Shown here in pieces: positions 18,679 through 29,434 of a DNA stretch of 46,542 nt. The stretch is from Candidatus Saccharimonadota bacterium. Its GTDB lineage: Bacteria; Patescibacteriota; Saccharimonadia; Saccharimonadales; UBA10212. The notes below the pieces were generated by a model. It was not told where the DNA came from. It made no database searches and worked only from the letters and a program-made list of their open reading frames with translations. The stretch spans positions 1-46,542 of the forward strand of contig JACPKG010000003.1 of assembly GCA_016187175.1 (NCBI GenBank), given 5' to 3'. The translations under genes were made by a program, and so were the position numbers. The number at the start of each line of letters is the position of its first letter. Within the stretch, counting starts at the first letter, position 1.

Positions 18679-18856
18679 CCGACTTTTTGGACTTAGATTG
18701 GTGATCTATTGCCGCTGAAGAATGAGATAGGGGAACCTTGGTATCAGGCCGGGCTGCCTGAATGTTATCAATTTTGTCTTGGACTTTTTTATGATACTTG
18801 TGCAGACGAACTAGTTGGCCGTCAGGTGGCGTGGGGCGTCGTAAATAATATTGCAT
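18632..18856 (-). CDS. Possible small basic hypothetical protein
   Basis: ATG ORF of 74 aa overlapping the convergent gene by 47 nt; no family. Confidence 0.3.
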   Translation of the reverse strand: MQYYLRRPTPPDGQLVRLHKYHKKVQDKIDNIQAARPDTKVPLSHSSAAIDHQSKSKKSAKWPGQRFGQDRSTT

Positions 18857-19098
18857 ATAATTCTCTTCTTGTAATGCCGCCTATTTAATAACCTTTTAGT
18901 CTTTTTGGTCAGTGAAAATTTTAACTATAATTAACGCTCTCTCCCCCAACTTCTTGATCTACCAGTAGCGTACTCAAATGTCATCAAATAGGCTGTAAAA
19001 ATTTTTAGTTTGCTGGTGTTAAAATTCCAAGCTTATGTTTGTAACATTTCTTACACTTAAATTAGGCTGCATTGGGACTGCAGGCTGACCTTCGCGCT

Positions 19099-19121
19099 CA
19101 GGAAAACCGCAGGTTGCCCTG
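19099..19121 (-). repeat. Hairpin after atpC, same family as 5375-5397
   Basis: Minus strand cagggcaacc-tgc-ggttttcctg versus gaagacaacc-tac-ggttttcttc. Confidence 0.6.
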
Positions 19122-19129
19122 CAAGTTTT

Positions 19130-19555
19130 TTAGCGGTGGTGACGTTTTTTGATTTTAGCTAATTCTAGTTTGGCGGAGCTGTGATGTAGTAATCTGTGCG
19201 CTTCGTTTAGGGCGATTTGACTGTCAGCTGATTGAACTAACTCTTCGGCCCGCTTTAGCGCGGCTAGGGCTTCTTGTTCGCTGACTTCATCTGTGGTCGT
19301 TACATCGTCAGCCATAAAACGGACAGTTTGACTCTTTACCTCAACTACGCCGCCATTAATTGCAAAATTTTCCAGAGCGCTATCCGGATCGCTAGATTGC
19401 TTGCGGACACTAAGTACCCCTGGACGGGCGGCTGAAATGAGCGGCATATGGTTCTCGAATATGCCAATTACACCGCCGCGGGTCGGTACCAAGACCTCAT
19501 AGGCCTCGCCATCATATTTTGTACCGCTGGTGCTGACAAGCTGAAAATGAATCAT
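19130..19555 (-). CDS. atpC: ATP synthase epsilon
   Basis: G.IGIFENHMPLI, INGGVVEV; last gene of the operon. Confidence 0.95.
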   Translation of the reverse strand: MIHFQLVSTSGTKYDGEAYEVLVPTRGGVIGIFENHMPLISAARPGVLSVRKQSSDPDSALENFAINGGVVEVKSQTVRFMADDVTTTDEVSEQEALAALKRAEELVQSADSQIALNEAHRLLHHSSAKLELAKIKKRHHR

Positions 19556-19692
19556 CGCGAAAGCCTAGCTTTCGCGATGAACAGTAAACAGTAAACAGTC
19601 AACAGTTTAGTCTCAGCTACTGTAACTCGTAACCTGCCCGTCCTCCACAGTTGCGGTGCAACCGCTACGGAGGGTGGATAACCCGTAACCTG
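19552..19692. repeat. Composite atpD-atpC spacer: perfect palindrome, two 7-bp arrays and a 42-nt REP-like insertion
   Basis: 13-bp arms 19552-19580; t(g/a/c)aacag x4 at 19578-19605; insertion 19637-19678 splits tgtaact cgtaacc tg|taacc cgtaacc. Confidence 0.88.
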
Positions 19693-19709
19693 ATGCGAAG
19701 TTAAATCAA

Positions 19710-21134
<1,425 letters not shown>

Positions 21135-22016
21135 TTAAGCGGCGATAGCTTCGGCGCCACCGGTTATTTCAGCAATTTCTTGGGTAATGGCCGCTTGGCG
21201 GGTGGCATTAAGTTCCAGTGTTAGATCATCAATTAAATCTGAAGCGTTACGGTTGGCGTTACCCATGGCCACCATCCGCATGGCGTGCTCGGCAGCGGCT
21301 GATTCAATCCTGGCTTGCATTAGCTTGGCTTCGAAGTATAATTTGATGGCTTCTTCCAAGACATCACTCACTTCCGGCTCGAACTCATAGACCGTCTCGT
21401 CAGATAGCGGTATCTGTTTGTTATCCGCTGTAGCCTCGATTGGTGTAAGGTGACTTATTGGGAGCAGGGTGAAGCTGCTGGCTTTTTGGGCTAAAGAAGA
21501 AATGAACTCGGTGTAAATAATTTTTACCGTCCCGATTTGACCTTCCGCCATACCGTCAGTCATCATTTCTACAAGCGGTGAGAAAACGTTAACATCGGGC
21601 GTATCGGCAATATCTTCATAGGCTCCCTTTAGCTCAATACCGGCTAGATGGGCAAAAAAACGGGCGCCCTTACGACCGTAAACTACAACTTGCGGGCGAT
21701 GTTTTTCGGCCCTAATAGCGCCTAGCGTCAGGTTGAAAATATTGGAATTAAAAGCACCGGCTTGGCCGCGGTCTGAGCTTATAACCACGTAAAGTGTGGG
21801 CTTATCTGCCGCTGGCGCGAAAAAGGGATGCAGCCTAGCTTCCTGGTTGTGGGCGACGCGCTGCATTATAATGGTTGCCAAGTTGCCATAAGTGCGGCTG
21901 CTTTCCACGGCGGCTACGACTTTACGCATGCGGCTGGCGGCTACCACTTCCAGGGCTTTGGTTATCTGCTTGGCGTTTTTAACCGAGCGTCGCTGGAGCA
22001 CTCTGGTCTGAGCCAT
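21135..22016 (-). CDS. atpG: ATP synthase gamma
   Basis: QITKALEVVAA, SSDRG, RQAAITQEIAEI. Confidence 0.97.
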   Translation of the reverse strand: MAQTRVLQRRSVKNAKQITKALEVVAASRMRKVVAAVESSRTYGNLATIIMQRVAHNQEARLHPFFAPAADKPTLYVVISSDRGQAGAFNSNIFNLTLGAIRAEKHRPQVVVYGRKGARFFAHLAGIELKGAYEDIADTPDVNVFSPLVEMMTDGMAEGQIGTVKIIYTEFISSLAQKASSFTLLPISHLTPIEATADNKQIPLSDETVYEFEPEVSDVLEEAIKLYFEAKLMQARIESAAAEHAMRMVAMGNANRNASDLIDDLTLELNATRQAAITQEIAEITGGAEAIAA

Positions 22017-22035
22017 CTAGGAGCTCCTTTCAGTC

Positions 22036-22109
22036 GCGAAGTATGAAGTATGAAGTATGAAGTATAGAATTTTAGCTACTTTCTCCATTCTTCTTTCTCC
22101 TTTCTTCGC
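22036..22109. repeat. Facing 7-bp arrays in the atpA-atpG spacer
   Basis: gaagtat x4 (22038-22065), then tttctcc attcttc tttctcc tttcttc (22080-22107); closed by gcgaag/cttcgc. Confidence 0.88.
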
Positions 22110-22116
22110 AAAAATG

Positions 22117-23679
22117 TTAAGCATTTTTGCTCCTGTACTGCTTGGCAATCTGGCTGGCAACGTCCATGATAGTTTTTTTGACTGCGTCGCTAGGAGAATC
22201 ACCACTGCTTAGTTCGCTGACCACTTTAGCGTGCTTTAGGGTCAGGGTACTAAGTAGGGCCGTTTGGGCTGGCTTGACGTTCTCAATTGGCAGCCCATCA
22301 AAAGCGCCACCAGTGGCTGCCAGAATGCCAGCTACCTGTTGCCAGATGGCCAACGGAGAATATTGCGGCTGTTTTAAAACCTCAGTCAGCAATCGTCCGC
22401 GGGCCAAACGGGCTTGTGTCTCCGCGTCAAGGTCTGAAGCGAACTGCGAGAAAGCTGCCAGTTCGCGATACTGAGCCAGATCCAGGCGCAGGCTACCAGC
22501 TACTGAACGGGTAGCCTTGGGTTGAGCGGCACCACCAACTCGTGAGACACTCAAACCAACTGAAATGGCTGGCCGGATGCCCTGGTAAAAGAGGTCGGTT
22601 TCCAGATAAATTTGGCCGTCGGTGATGGAGATAACGTTGGTCGGAATGTAAGCACTAACATCACCCGCTTGAGTTTCGATGATCGGCAAAGCTGTTAGGC
22701 TGCCGGCGCCTAGTTTATCTGACAGTTTGGCTGCCCGTTCCAGCAAGCGTGAGTGTAAATAAAAGACATCGCCGGGGTAGGCTTCGCGGCCCGGCGGGCG
22801 TCGTAGCAGCAACGACATCTGCCGATAAGCCACAGCGTGCTTGCTCAGATCGTCGTAGATAATCAAGGCGTGTTTTTTATTATCACGGAACCATTCACCC
22901 ATGGCTGCACCGGCGTAAGGAGCCAGGTATTGCAAGCTAGCCGGGTCAGCGGCACTGGTAGCCACAATGATGCTTTGGTCCATCACGCCCTCGCGCTTGA
23001 GGCGTTCAGTTAAACGGGCGATACGGGCATTTTTCTGGCCAATGGCTACATATATATTAATAACATCAGTCTTTTGTTTAGCCTGATTGATCATGGTATC
23101 AACAGCGATGGCAGTTTTGCCGGTTTGGCGATCGCCAATGATTAGTTCACGCTGACCTCGACCAATCGGTATCATGGCGTCAATGGCGGATATGCCGGTC
23201 AGCAGCGGCTCATGAACGCTTTGGCGGTCAATAACGCCAGGCGCGGGACTTTCAACCGCGCCTCGGGCTTTGGTCTTAATATCACCTTTACCATCCAACG
23301 GTCGGCCCAGCGGGTCTACCACTCGGCCGACCAGTTCCGGTCCGACCGGCACTGAGAGCACTTCGCCAGTTAGTCGCACCCGGGCACCAGCTCGGACCAG
23401 CTCATCTTCACCCAGCAGCACGGCACCAATTTCATCCTCCAGCAGATTTAGAGCAAAGGCAGTCACTTTGCCGTGCAGGCCTTCGATCTCGATCATCTCG
23501 GCATAGCCGCAGTCACGCAGGCCGTAAATCCACACTACGCCGTCGCCGACACGGGTAACAATTCCGGCCGAGCGTTCTTGCCGCGATTGCTTCAAGCTCG
23601 CAATGGCGCTTTTGACTTCTTCGGCAAGTGATTTGACTTCAGTCTCTAAGCTTTCTGTTCTTTGGGATGACGAAGTCAT
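22117..23679 (-). CDS. atpA: ATP synthase alpha
   Basis: [31 protein letters not shown]. Confidence 0.99.
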   Translation of the reverse strand: MTSSSQRTESLETEVKSLAEEVKSAIASLKQSRQERSAGIVTRVGDGVVWIYGLRDCGYAEMIEIEGLHGKVTAFALNLLEDEIGAVLLGEDELVRAGARVRLTGEVLSVPVGPELVGRVVDPLGRPLDGKGDIKTKARGAVESPAPGVIDRQSVHEPLLTGISAIDAMIPIGRGQRELIIGDRQTGKTAIAVDTMINQAKQKTDVINIYVAIGQKNARIARLTERLKREGVMDQSIIVATSAADPASLQYLAPYAGAAMGEWFRDNKKHALIIYDDLSKHAVAYRQMSLLLRRPPGREAYPGDVFYLHSRLLERAAKLSDKLGAGSLTALPIIETQAGDVSAYIPTNVISITDGQIYLETDLFYQGIRPAISVGLSVSRVGGAAQPKATRSVAGSLRLDLAQYRELAAFSQFASDLDAETQARLARGRLLTEVLKQPQYSPLAIWQQVAGILAATGGAFDGLPIENVKPAQTALLSTLTLKHAKVVSELSSGDSPSDAVKKTIMDVASQIAKQYRSKNA

Positions 23680-24071
23680 GACAGTGTCTCCTTCAAGTCT
23701 GCTAATTTTCGAGCAACTGTGTGATCCCAGACGCAGTTTGAGGTTTCAACCCTAAGTCCGCCTATAACCGAGCGATCGACACTTTCTTGCAGCAGCACTG
23801 CCTTTGCGCCAGTAGTCTTTTTGACCTGGTCCTTAAGAGCTAGGCGTAGCTGCGGCGTCAGCATGGAAGAGCTAATAACCTGGGCGACGACCAGTTCGTG
23901 TCGAGCTTCCAGCTCAGCAGCGATGTCGCCCAGCAGAAATTCAATGTCGTCAACCTTATCGGTCTCGACCACTGCGGCCGCCAAATGCTTAGCGACGCTC
24001 CTAGCCGATTTACCTGCCAGTAATTGGACAGCGCTCCAGCGGGCCAAACTGCGCCGTGAAACTTTGTTCAT
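23676..24071 (-). CDS. atpH: ATP synthase delta, short form
   Basis: [11 protein letters not shown]...DHTV C-terminal motif; operon position. Confidence 0.88.
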   Translation of the reverse strand: MNKVSRRSLARWSAVQLLAGKSARSVAKHLAAAVVETDKVDDIEFLLGDIAAELEARHELVVAQVISSSMLTPQLRLALKDQVKKTTGAKAVLLQESVDRSVIGGLRVETSNCVWDHTVARKLADLKETLS

Positions 24072-24604
24072 CCCAGCCCCCTAATTGCTCGTTCAATTAA
24101 AGACCGGTCGTGCTGCGGACTTAATTTTTCGTCAATGATCTTTTTGGTGGCTTCGGCGACCAGCTCGGCCAGTTCGCCACGCAGTTGCTTATGTAATTTG
24201 GCATATTCCTGAGAGAGATTAGACTCAGTCTCCTTGATTATCAGGGCTGCCCGCTGCGAAGCCACCGCTTCGGCATCGGCGATAATACCGCCGGCGGCCC
24301 TTTTGGCTTCGGCTAAAGCCTCGTCTGCTGCCGCTCTGGCACGAGCTATAATTTCCTCGGCCCGTATCTCGGCTTTGGCCAGCGCCTCTTCGGTCTCTTT
24401 GGCGTGAGTCAGACTTTGTTCTAGCGTGCGGCGTCGGTCCTCAAGTGTTTTAAGCACCGGCGGTAAAACCCAGCGCCGGATTACCAGCAACACGATCACA
24501 AAAGTAATCAATTGAAAAACGAAGGCTTTTAAATTGATGTTAAAAGCTCCAAGACCGCTCGAAGAGCCGTCAGCTTCCGCAAAATACACTGGAATGTCCA
24601 TCAC
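24068..24604 (-). CDS. atpF: ATP synthase b
   Basis: N-terminal TM FQLITFVIVLL followed by an Ala/Glu coiled coil. Confidence 0.93.
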   Translation of the reverse strand: MMDIPVYFAEADGSSSGLGAFNINLKAFVFQLITFVIVLLVIRRWVLPPVLKTLEDRRRTLEQSLTHAKETEEALAKAEIRAEEIIARARAAADEALAEAKRAAGGIIADAEAVASQRAALIIKETESNLSQEYAKLHKQLRGELAELVAEATKKIIDEKLSPQHDRSLIERAIRGLG

Positions 24605-24619
24605 TAAAGTTGCTTTCTC

Positions 24620-24838
24620 CTATCCTGTGGTGAACAGTATCAGTAGTACGAAGGCCAAAACAGCGTCAACCAGACCGATCATAATGAAAGCGGTCGACAA
24701 GATCTTACCTTGAATTTCCGGGTTGCGGCCAACGGCGCCAACCACGGCGGCACCAATTAAGCCAATACCGATGGCCGGGCCTATGGCTCCCAGGCCGATA
24801 GTCAAACCTTTGATTAATGATGGATCGACGTTTTCCAT
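24620..24838 (-). CDS. atpE: ATP synthase c
   Basis: GxGxxGxxxGxG helix, RNPE loop, Asp in GLVDA. Confidence 0.96.
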   Translation of the reverse strand: MENVDPSLIKGLTIGLGAIGPAIGIGLIGAAVVGAVGRNPEIQGKILSTAFIMIGLVDAVLAFVLLILFTTG

Positions 24839-24896
24839 ACTCAGGGCTCCTTTTACTTACGTTCGTTCATTTAATAATAAATTACAACACAATCTC

Positions 24897-25694
24897 TTAA
24901 GTCGCTGGCTGAATCTCGGGCGCCTTACCTCCTCCTTCGTGTGACACGGCTGTCACCAAATAAGTGGCTGTTAACATCATAAACAAATAAGCCTGGACAA
25001 GCGAAAAGAAAATTTCTAAGAACATGATCGGCAGCGTTGCCGCCCAGGCGAAGTTACCCGATAAGGCTGAGATAGCGTGCAACAGAGCTTCACCACCATA
25101 AATCACTCCAAAAAGTCGCAGCGATAGGGTCACCAGGCGCAGAACTTCACCGAACAATTCGTTAATGCCAATCATAATATTCATCGGGTTGAGCAAGTTG
25201 CCTGAAAAATAGTGACGGAAGCGGCCCTTCAAACCAAGTTCACGCATGGCGTAAATATGGACAGTCGTCAGGCTCAAGACAGCCATGGCTAGCGTTGAGT
25301 TAAGGTCGGTCGTAAAAGCTCGTAAAAGCGAGGTCTGTTGGCCGTCAACAGCAAGCGATAAGGTACCAACGCCCGGTAGTAAACCGCTAAGATTGGCGGC
25401 TAAGATAAAAACAAACAGGCTCAGCAGTAAAGGGAAAAAGCGGGCAGCTTTCTTGCGATCCCCAAAGCTTTCGGTCATCAAGTTATAAATTAACTCGACG
25501 AAACCCTCAACATAAAAAGCCAGCCGGCTTTTAGGCCAAGCTTGGCTGGCACGGGCAGCGAATCCAAAAAGCATTAATACGAAGGTGGCCGTTACAATAC
25601 CAAACAGCATACTGTTGGTAAAGGGTAATGGGCCGATGCTAAATAGTTTTTCGGCCCCCAGCGGGGCGGCAGACTCGACGGCCAAGTAAGACAT
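24897..25694 (-). CDS. atpB: ATP synthase a
   Basis: TTDLN, LSLRLFG (essential Arg), LEIF..LVQAYLF; start ATG 25694 or GTG 25700. Confidence 0.95.
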   Translation of the reverse strand: MSYLAVESAAPLGAEKLFSIGPLPFTNSMLFGIVTATFVLMLFGFAARASQAWPKSRLAFYVEGFVELIYNLMTESFGDRKKAARFFPLLLSLFVFILAANLSGLLPGVGTLSLAVDGQQTSLLRAFTTDLNSTLAMAVLSLTTVHIYAMRELGLKGRFRHYFSGNLLNPMNIMIGINELFGEVLRLVTLSLRLFGVIYGGEALLHAISALSGNFAWAATLPIMFLEIFFSLVQAYLFMMLTATYLVTAVSHEGGGKAPEIQPAT

Positions 25695-25696
25695 TA

Positions 25697-25788
25697 GCAC
25701 CGCTGGCCCCCACCCATAGCGGTGCGAACGGCTGGAAAACTAAGTCCGGTCGTTGCTCGGTCCCAGAAAGTCATTCGCGGACAGTATA
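25697..25788 (-). promoter_or_regulatory. atp operon -10 box and structured 5' leader
   Basis: TATACT at 25788-25783; stems gcgaatg/cgttcgc, ctggga/ttccag and gcaccgct/agcggtgc. Confidence 0.45.
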
Positions 25789-25813
25789 ACAGCTCTACCC
25801 CTAAAGCTCAATA

Positions 25814-26215
25814 CTAAATCTCCAGTTTGATCTCTGCCTTTTCGCCAAGCAAATGACTAACCACTTCAAGCTGCGGCAACTCCAGCTTGATTTTTTCGGC
25901 GGCTAACGTCAACATCTTCGAATGGTTTTCAATCTCGTTTTCGACAGCACCAAAAACACCACATTCAATATGGTCCATAATGTGAATTGCATTAAAATGA
26001 TGCAGTTTGTATAAAAGTTGAATAGCCTCAATGACAGATGAATTATCAACTACGGCCTTCGAAGCGCCCGGCATTACCAGCAGATCATAGTAGTGGTCGA
26101 TTTTATCTATCATATGGCGATGGGCGTCCTGAAAACGAGGGTCCGAGCAGTGAATAATCAACACATCGCTCTTTTTCCTGTGTAGGTCTACTAGTCGGTA
26201 TTTAACCACTGTCAA
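25814..26215 (-). CDS. Beta-carbonic anhydrase-like protein
   Basis: CSDPR and HIECG supply the Cys/Asp/Arg and His-x2-Cys zinc motifs. Confidence 0.82.
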   Translation of the reverse strand: MTVVKYRLVDLHRKKSDVLIIHCSDPRFQDAHRHMIDKIDHYYDLLVMPGASKAVVDNSSVIEAIQLLYKLHHFNAIHIMDHIECGVFGAVENEIENHSKMLTLAAEKIKLELPQLEVVSHLLGEKAEIKLEI

Positions 26216-26315
26216 ATTCCTAATTCGATATTTGTCTAGCCGTCGGATAAACTACACTTTTTGGCTGGTTTTGTAAAGATGAACTTTGGTTGGAGTCCAC
26301 TATACTGTAAGTACC

Positions 26316-27674
26316 ATGGAGCCAGGTCAAAAATTGCCATCCACAATCTTGGTTATTTTCGGCATAACTGGCGATTTGTCACGTCGCTACTTGCTACCGG
26401 CGCTGGCGGAAATTTGTGCCAATACTGAAATCGGAAAAGATTTTAGAGTGCTGGGAGTATCTCGCCGCCAGGTTGATCTTAACAACGTGCTTGGCGCTAA
26501 AGAGAAGAATCTAAAAGCCTACAGCCAAATGTTGACAATGGATTTGGCTAATAGATCTGACTATCAAAAGCTAAAAGATGAAATTGGGGCACTCAGCCAA
26601 AAGTTCACTCAAGGACCTCAAGTCATTTTTTATCTTTCAGTACCCCCGGCCGCTGCCGATGGTATTGTCGGGCTGCTGGGTGAATCGGGCCTAAGCCAAC
26701 CGCCCGCGAAGCTTCTACTGGAAAAACCGTTTGGCTATGATCTCAGTTCAGCTCAGGAAATGATTGGGCGTATCGCCAAATATTTTTCGCAGGAGCAGGT
26801 TTACCGCATCGATCACTACTTGGCTAAGGAATCGGCTCAGAACATTGCTGTCTTTTTAGGTAGCAATGCCTTATTTCGTAACATTTGGAGTAATCAGTTT
26901 ATCGACCACATAGACATTGTCGCCGCCGAGGATATTGGTATCGGAGGCCGCAAGGAGTTTTGGGAGGCAACCGGCATGCTGCGGGATTTTGTCCAGAGTC
27001 ATTTGCTACAACTGGCAGCGCTAACGCTCATGGAACCATGCTCTCATATGTTTGATTTTGCCCAGCTGCCTGAGCGGCGACTGGCAGCTTTACAGAAAAT
27101 GAAAATTGCAGAGCTGAAAAGCGCTGTCCGCGGCCAATACCGTGGCTACCGTCAAGAGGTTGGCAATCCCAACTCCGCGGTTGATACCTTTGTGTCTCTA
27201 ACTTTGGATTCATCTGACTCTAGATGGCGTGGTGTTCCCATAAGACTCACAACCGGCAAGAAGCTTGATCAAAAGCTAACCAAGATTGACATTCACTTTA
27301 AAAAAAGCCAAGAAGCTGAAGCCAACCTGCTGACTCTTAGGCTTCACCCCCGAGAAGGTATCGAGCTGGATCTGTGGGTCAAAGAGCCGGGCTATAGGCA
27401 CAATTTGCAAAAACAACCGCTACGCTTTATTTATGAGCAACGATTCGGTCGCGTGCCGGAAGCCTATGAGCAAGTTCTAATCGATGCCATGCGCGCTAAA
27501 AAGAGCTTATTCGCCAGCAGTGAAGAAGTTTTGACCAGCTGGAAAATCTTGCAGCCGGTTCTCGATTACTGGAGTATGAGCGACAGCGATCTTAAGATCT
27601 ATCAACCCGGCAGCACAATCGAAGAAGTACTCCAGCAAAGAGCAGAGACCAAAGAGCCAAAAACAGACAACTAA
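26316..27674 (+). CDS. zwf: Glucose-6-phosphate 1-dehydrogenase
   Basis: FGITGDL, EKPFG, YRIDHYLAKE, RWRGVP...TGKK, EAYE. Confidence 0.96.
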   Translation: MEPGQKLPSTILVIFGITGDLSRRYLLPALAEICANTEIGKDFRVLGVSRRQVDLNNVLGAKEKNLKAYSQMLTMDLANRSDYQKLKDEIGALSQKFTQGPQVIFYLSVPPAAADGIVGLLGESGLSQPPAKLLLEKPFGYDLSSAQEMIGRIAKYFSQEQVYRIDHYLAKESAQNIAVFLGSNALFRNIWSNQFIDHIDIVAAEDIGIGGRKEFWEATGMLRDFVQSHLLQLAALTLMEPCSHMFDFAQLPERRLAALQKMKIAELKSAVRGQYRGYRQEVGNPNSAVDTFVSLTLDSSDSRWRGVPIRLTTGKKLDQKLTKIDIHFKKSQEAEANLLTLRLHPREGIELDLWVKEPGYRHNLQKQPLRFIYEQRFGRVPEAYEQVLIDAMRAKKSLFASSEEVLTSWKILQPVLDYWSMSDSDLKIYQPGSTIEEVLQQRAETKEPKTDN

Positions 27675-27731
27675 ATTACTTAACAAGTTAAGTAATTTGT
27701 CTATCGTTCAATGTTCATTGCTCATTGTTTA
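27634..27731. repeat. Facing 7-bp arrays flanking a palindrome
   Basis: agcaaag agcagag accaaag agccaaa aacagac ... ttgtcta tcgttca atgttca ttgctca ttgttta. Confidence 0.75.
27673..27698. promoter_or_regulatory. Perfect AT-rich palindrome, candidate repressor operator
   Basis: aaattacttaac-aa-gttaagtaattt, about 30 nt upstream of TATAAT (27730-27735) of the ABC operon. Confidence 0.6.
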
Positions 27732-27743
27732 TAATGTATGTCT

Positions 27744-28553
27744 ATGGTCAAACCGATCATTGAGGCTCGGGATGTTGTTAAGACATTCGGAACGATTCAA
27801 GCTGTGGATCATGTCAGTTTTGAAGTATACCCAGGCGAGATTTTTGCATTTTTGGGTCCCAACGGCGCCGGCAAAAGCACCACGATTAAAATGCTTACGA
27901 CAATGCTGCGGCCGACCAGCGGCAAATTGTTGCTCAATGGGCACGATGTAGCGAAAGACCAAGCCGCTGCCAGAAAATCTTTTGGCATCGTTTTCCAGGA
28001 CCCGGCACTTGAAGAAGAGCTGACGGCTTATGAAAATATGCTTTTTCATGCCGTGCTTTACGGCGTACCAAAAGGGCAACATACAACTCGTATTGAAGAA
28101 TTAATGAAACTGGTTGATCTATGGGAGCGCCGCGACAGCTTGGTGCGTACTTATTCCGGTGGGATGCGCCGGCGCCTGGAAATCGCCCGCGGGCTGCTGC
28201 ATCACCCGCAAATCCTATTCCTGGACGAACCGACGCTTGGCCTGGATACGCAAACGCGTAACGTGCTGTGGAATTACGTCAATAAACTCAACAAAGAAGA
28301 AGGGATGACCATCTTCTTTACCACCCATTATCTAGACGAAGCCGAGCAAGTAGCCGAACGTATTGCTATTATCGACCACGGCAAGATTGTCGCTGAAGGT
28401 ACCACCAAACAGCTCACCGCCAAAACAAAAACTAAATCGTTAGAAAAAGCCTACCTGAAATTAACTGGCGAAGGCATTCGTGACGAAATCAGCGAAGACT
28501 TTGATGGCTTAAATGTCCGTAGTGCGCTCAGAAACCAGCGGTTAAGGGGTTAA
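27744..28553 (+). CDS. ABC exporter ATP-binding subunit, DrrA-like
   Basis: GPNGAGKST, YSGGMRRR, LFLDEPT, TTHY; start 27744 or 27738. Confidence 0.96.
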   Translation: MVKPIIEARDVVKTFGTIQAVDHVSFEVYPGEIFAFLGPNGAGKSTTIKMLTTMLRPTSGKLLLNGHDVAKDQAAARKSFGIVFQDPALEEELTAYENMLFHAVLYGVPKGQHTTRIEELMKLVDLWERRDSLVRTYSGGMRRRLEIARGLLHHPQILFLDEPTLGLDTQTRNVLWNYVNKLNKEEGMTIFFTTHYLDEAEQVAERIAIIDHGKIVAEGTTKQLTAKTKTKSLEKAYLKLTGEGIRDEISEDFDGLNVRSALRNQRLRG

Positions 28554-28554
28554 A

Positions 28555-29301
28555 ATGGACGAGATATACATTCTGTGGTGGCGGCAGATGAAACGGTATT
28601 TACGCACCCGTTCCAGGATTTTCGGTAGCATTGGCCAGCCTATTTTATTCCTGCTGGCACTTGGCTATGGCCTAGGAGCGGTTTTTGAACGGGCCGGGCA
28701 GGGCGACTATCTGCAGTTTTTGGTGCCAGGTATTATTTTGCAGACTCTACTATTTTCCGGCGTTTTTTGGGGCATTCAGATTCTTTTCGATAAGCGCTTC
28801 GGGTTTTTGAAAGAAATGCTGGTCGCACCCGTCCCAAGGGTGAAAGTCTTGCTGGGCAACGCTTTGGGCGGGACAACAATCTCTATAATCCAGGCTGTTG
28901 TTGTTTTTATAGTGGCCGCCGCTTTTGGTTTTCGGCCGGAAAATTGGTCAATGTTGCCAGTAGCCTTTTTAATAATTGTCGTATTAAGCCTGACGCTTGC
29001 CAGTTTCGGTGCCGGGCTGGCTAGCATGGTTGATGATTTTCAGGGCTTTCAAGCCATAAATAATTTTTTGATTTTTCCGCTATTTTTCCTTTCCAGTGCG
29101 CTTTATCCGCTGTCGAATGTACCGGATGTGCTGAGAATTTTAGCTTCTATAAATCCGCTCAGCTACGCGGTTGACGCCCTACGCTACACCATGATCCATC
29201 AAACCCACTTTGGTTTAGGGCTGGACTTGGCGGTCATCGGATCGGCGCTGGTTGTCAGCGTACTTTTCGCTGTCAACCGCTTCAACCGTATCCAAATCTA
29301 A
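28555..29301 (+). CDS. ABC-2 type permease
   Basis: Six TM segments, FLVPG, GFLKEMLVAP, NPLSYAVDALR. Confidence 0.94.
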   Translation: MDEIYILWWRQMKRYLRTRSRIFGSIGQPILFLLALGYGLGAVFERAGQGDYLQFLVPGIILQTLLFSGVFWGIQILFDKRFGFLKEMLVAPVPRVKVLLGNALGGTTISIIQAVVVFIVAAAFGFRPENWSMLPVAFLIIVVLSLTLASFGAGLASMVDDFQGFQAINNFLIFPLFFLSSALYPLSNVPDVLRILASINPLSYAVDALRYTMIHQTHFGLGLDLAVIGSALVVSVLFAVNRFNRIQI

Positions 29302-29334
29302 CCCCTGTACGCTATTTAGTATGGAGCAGCTGTT

Positions 29335-29392
29335 GCCCTCCGTTGTTGGAAGCTATGGAGGGCTATCCTCCGTAGCCTTTGGCGTAGGAGGA
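29335..29392. repeat. Inverted pair of REP-like hairpins (BIME-like)
   Basis: gccctccg...gctatggagggc followed by tcctccgtagc...ggagga; near copy at 30672-30725. Confidence 0.88.
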
Positions 29393-29434
29393 TGGCGGAG
29401 AAAAAAAGAGGTTTGAGGAGTTTATACTGTAAGC

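Noticed and set aside
21975-22016. AtpG N-terminus looks two residues short (QRRSVKN)
   Set aside because: In-frame and within plausible variation; cannot be judged without an alignment
22017-22205. 62-aa ORF between atpA and atpG
   Set aside because: Overlaps atpA and is translated heptamer repeat (LHTSYF)
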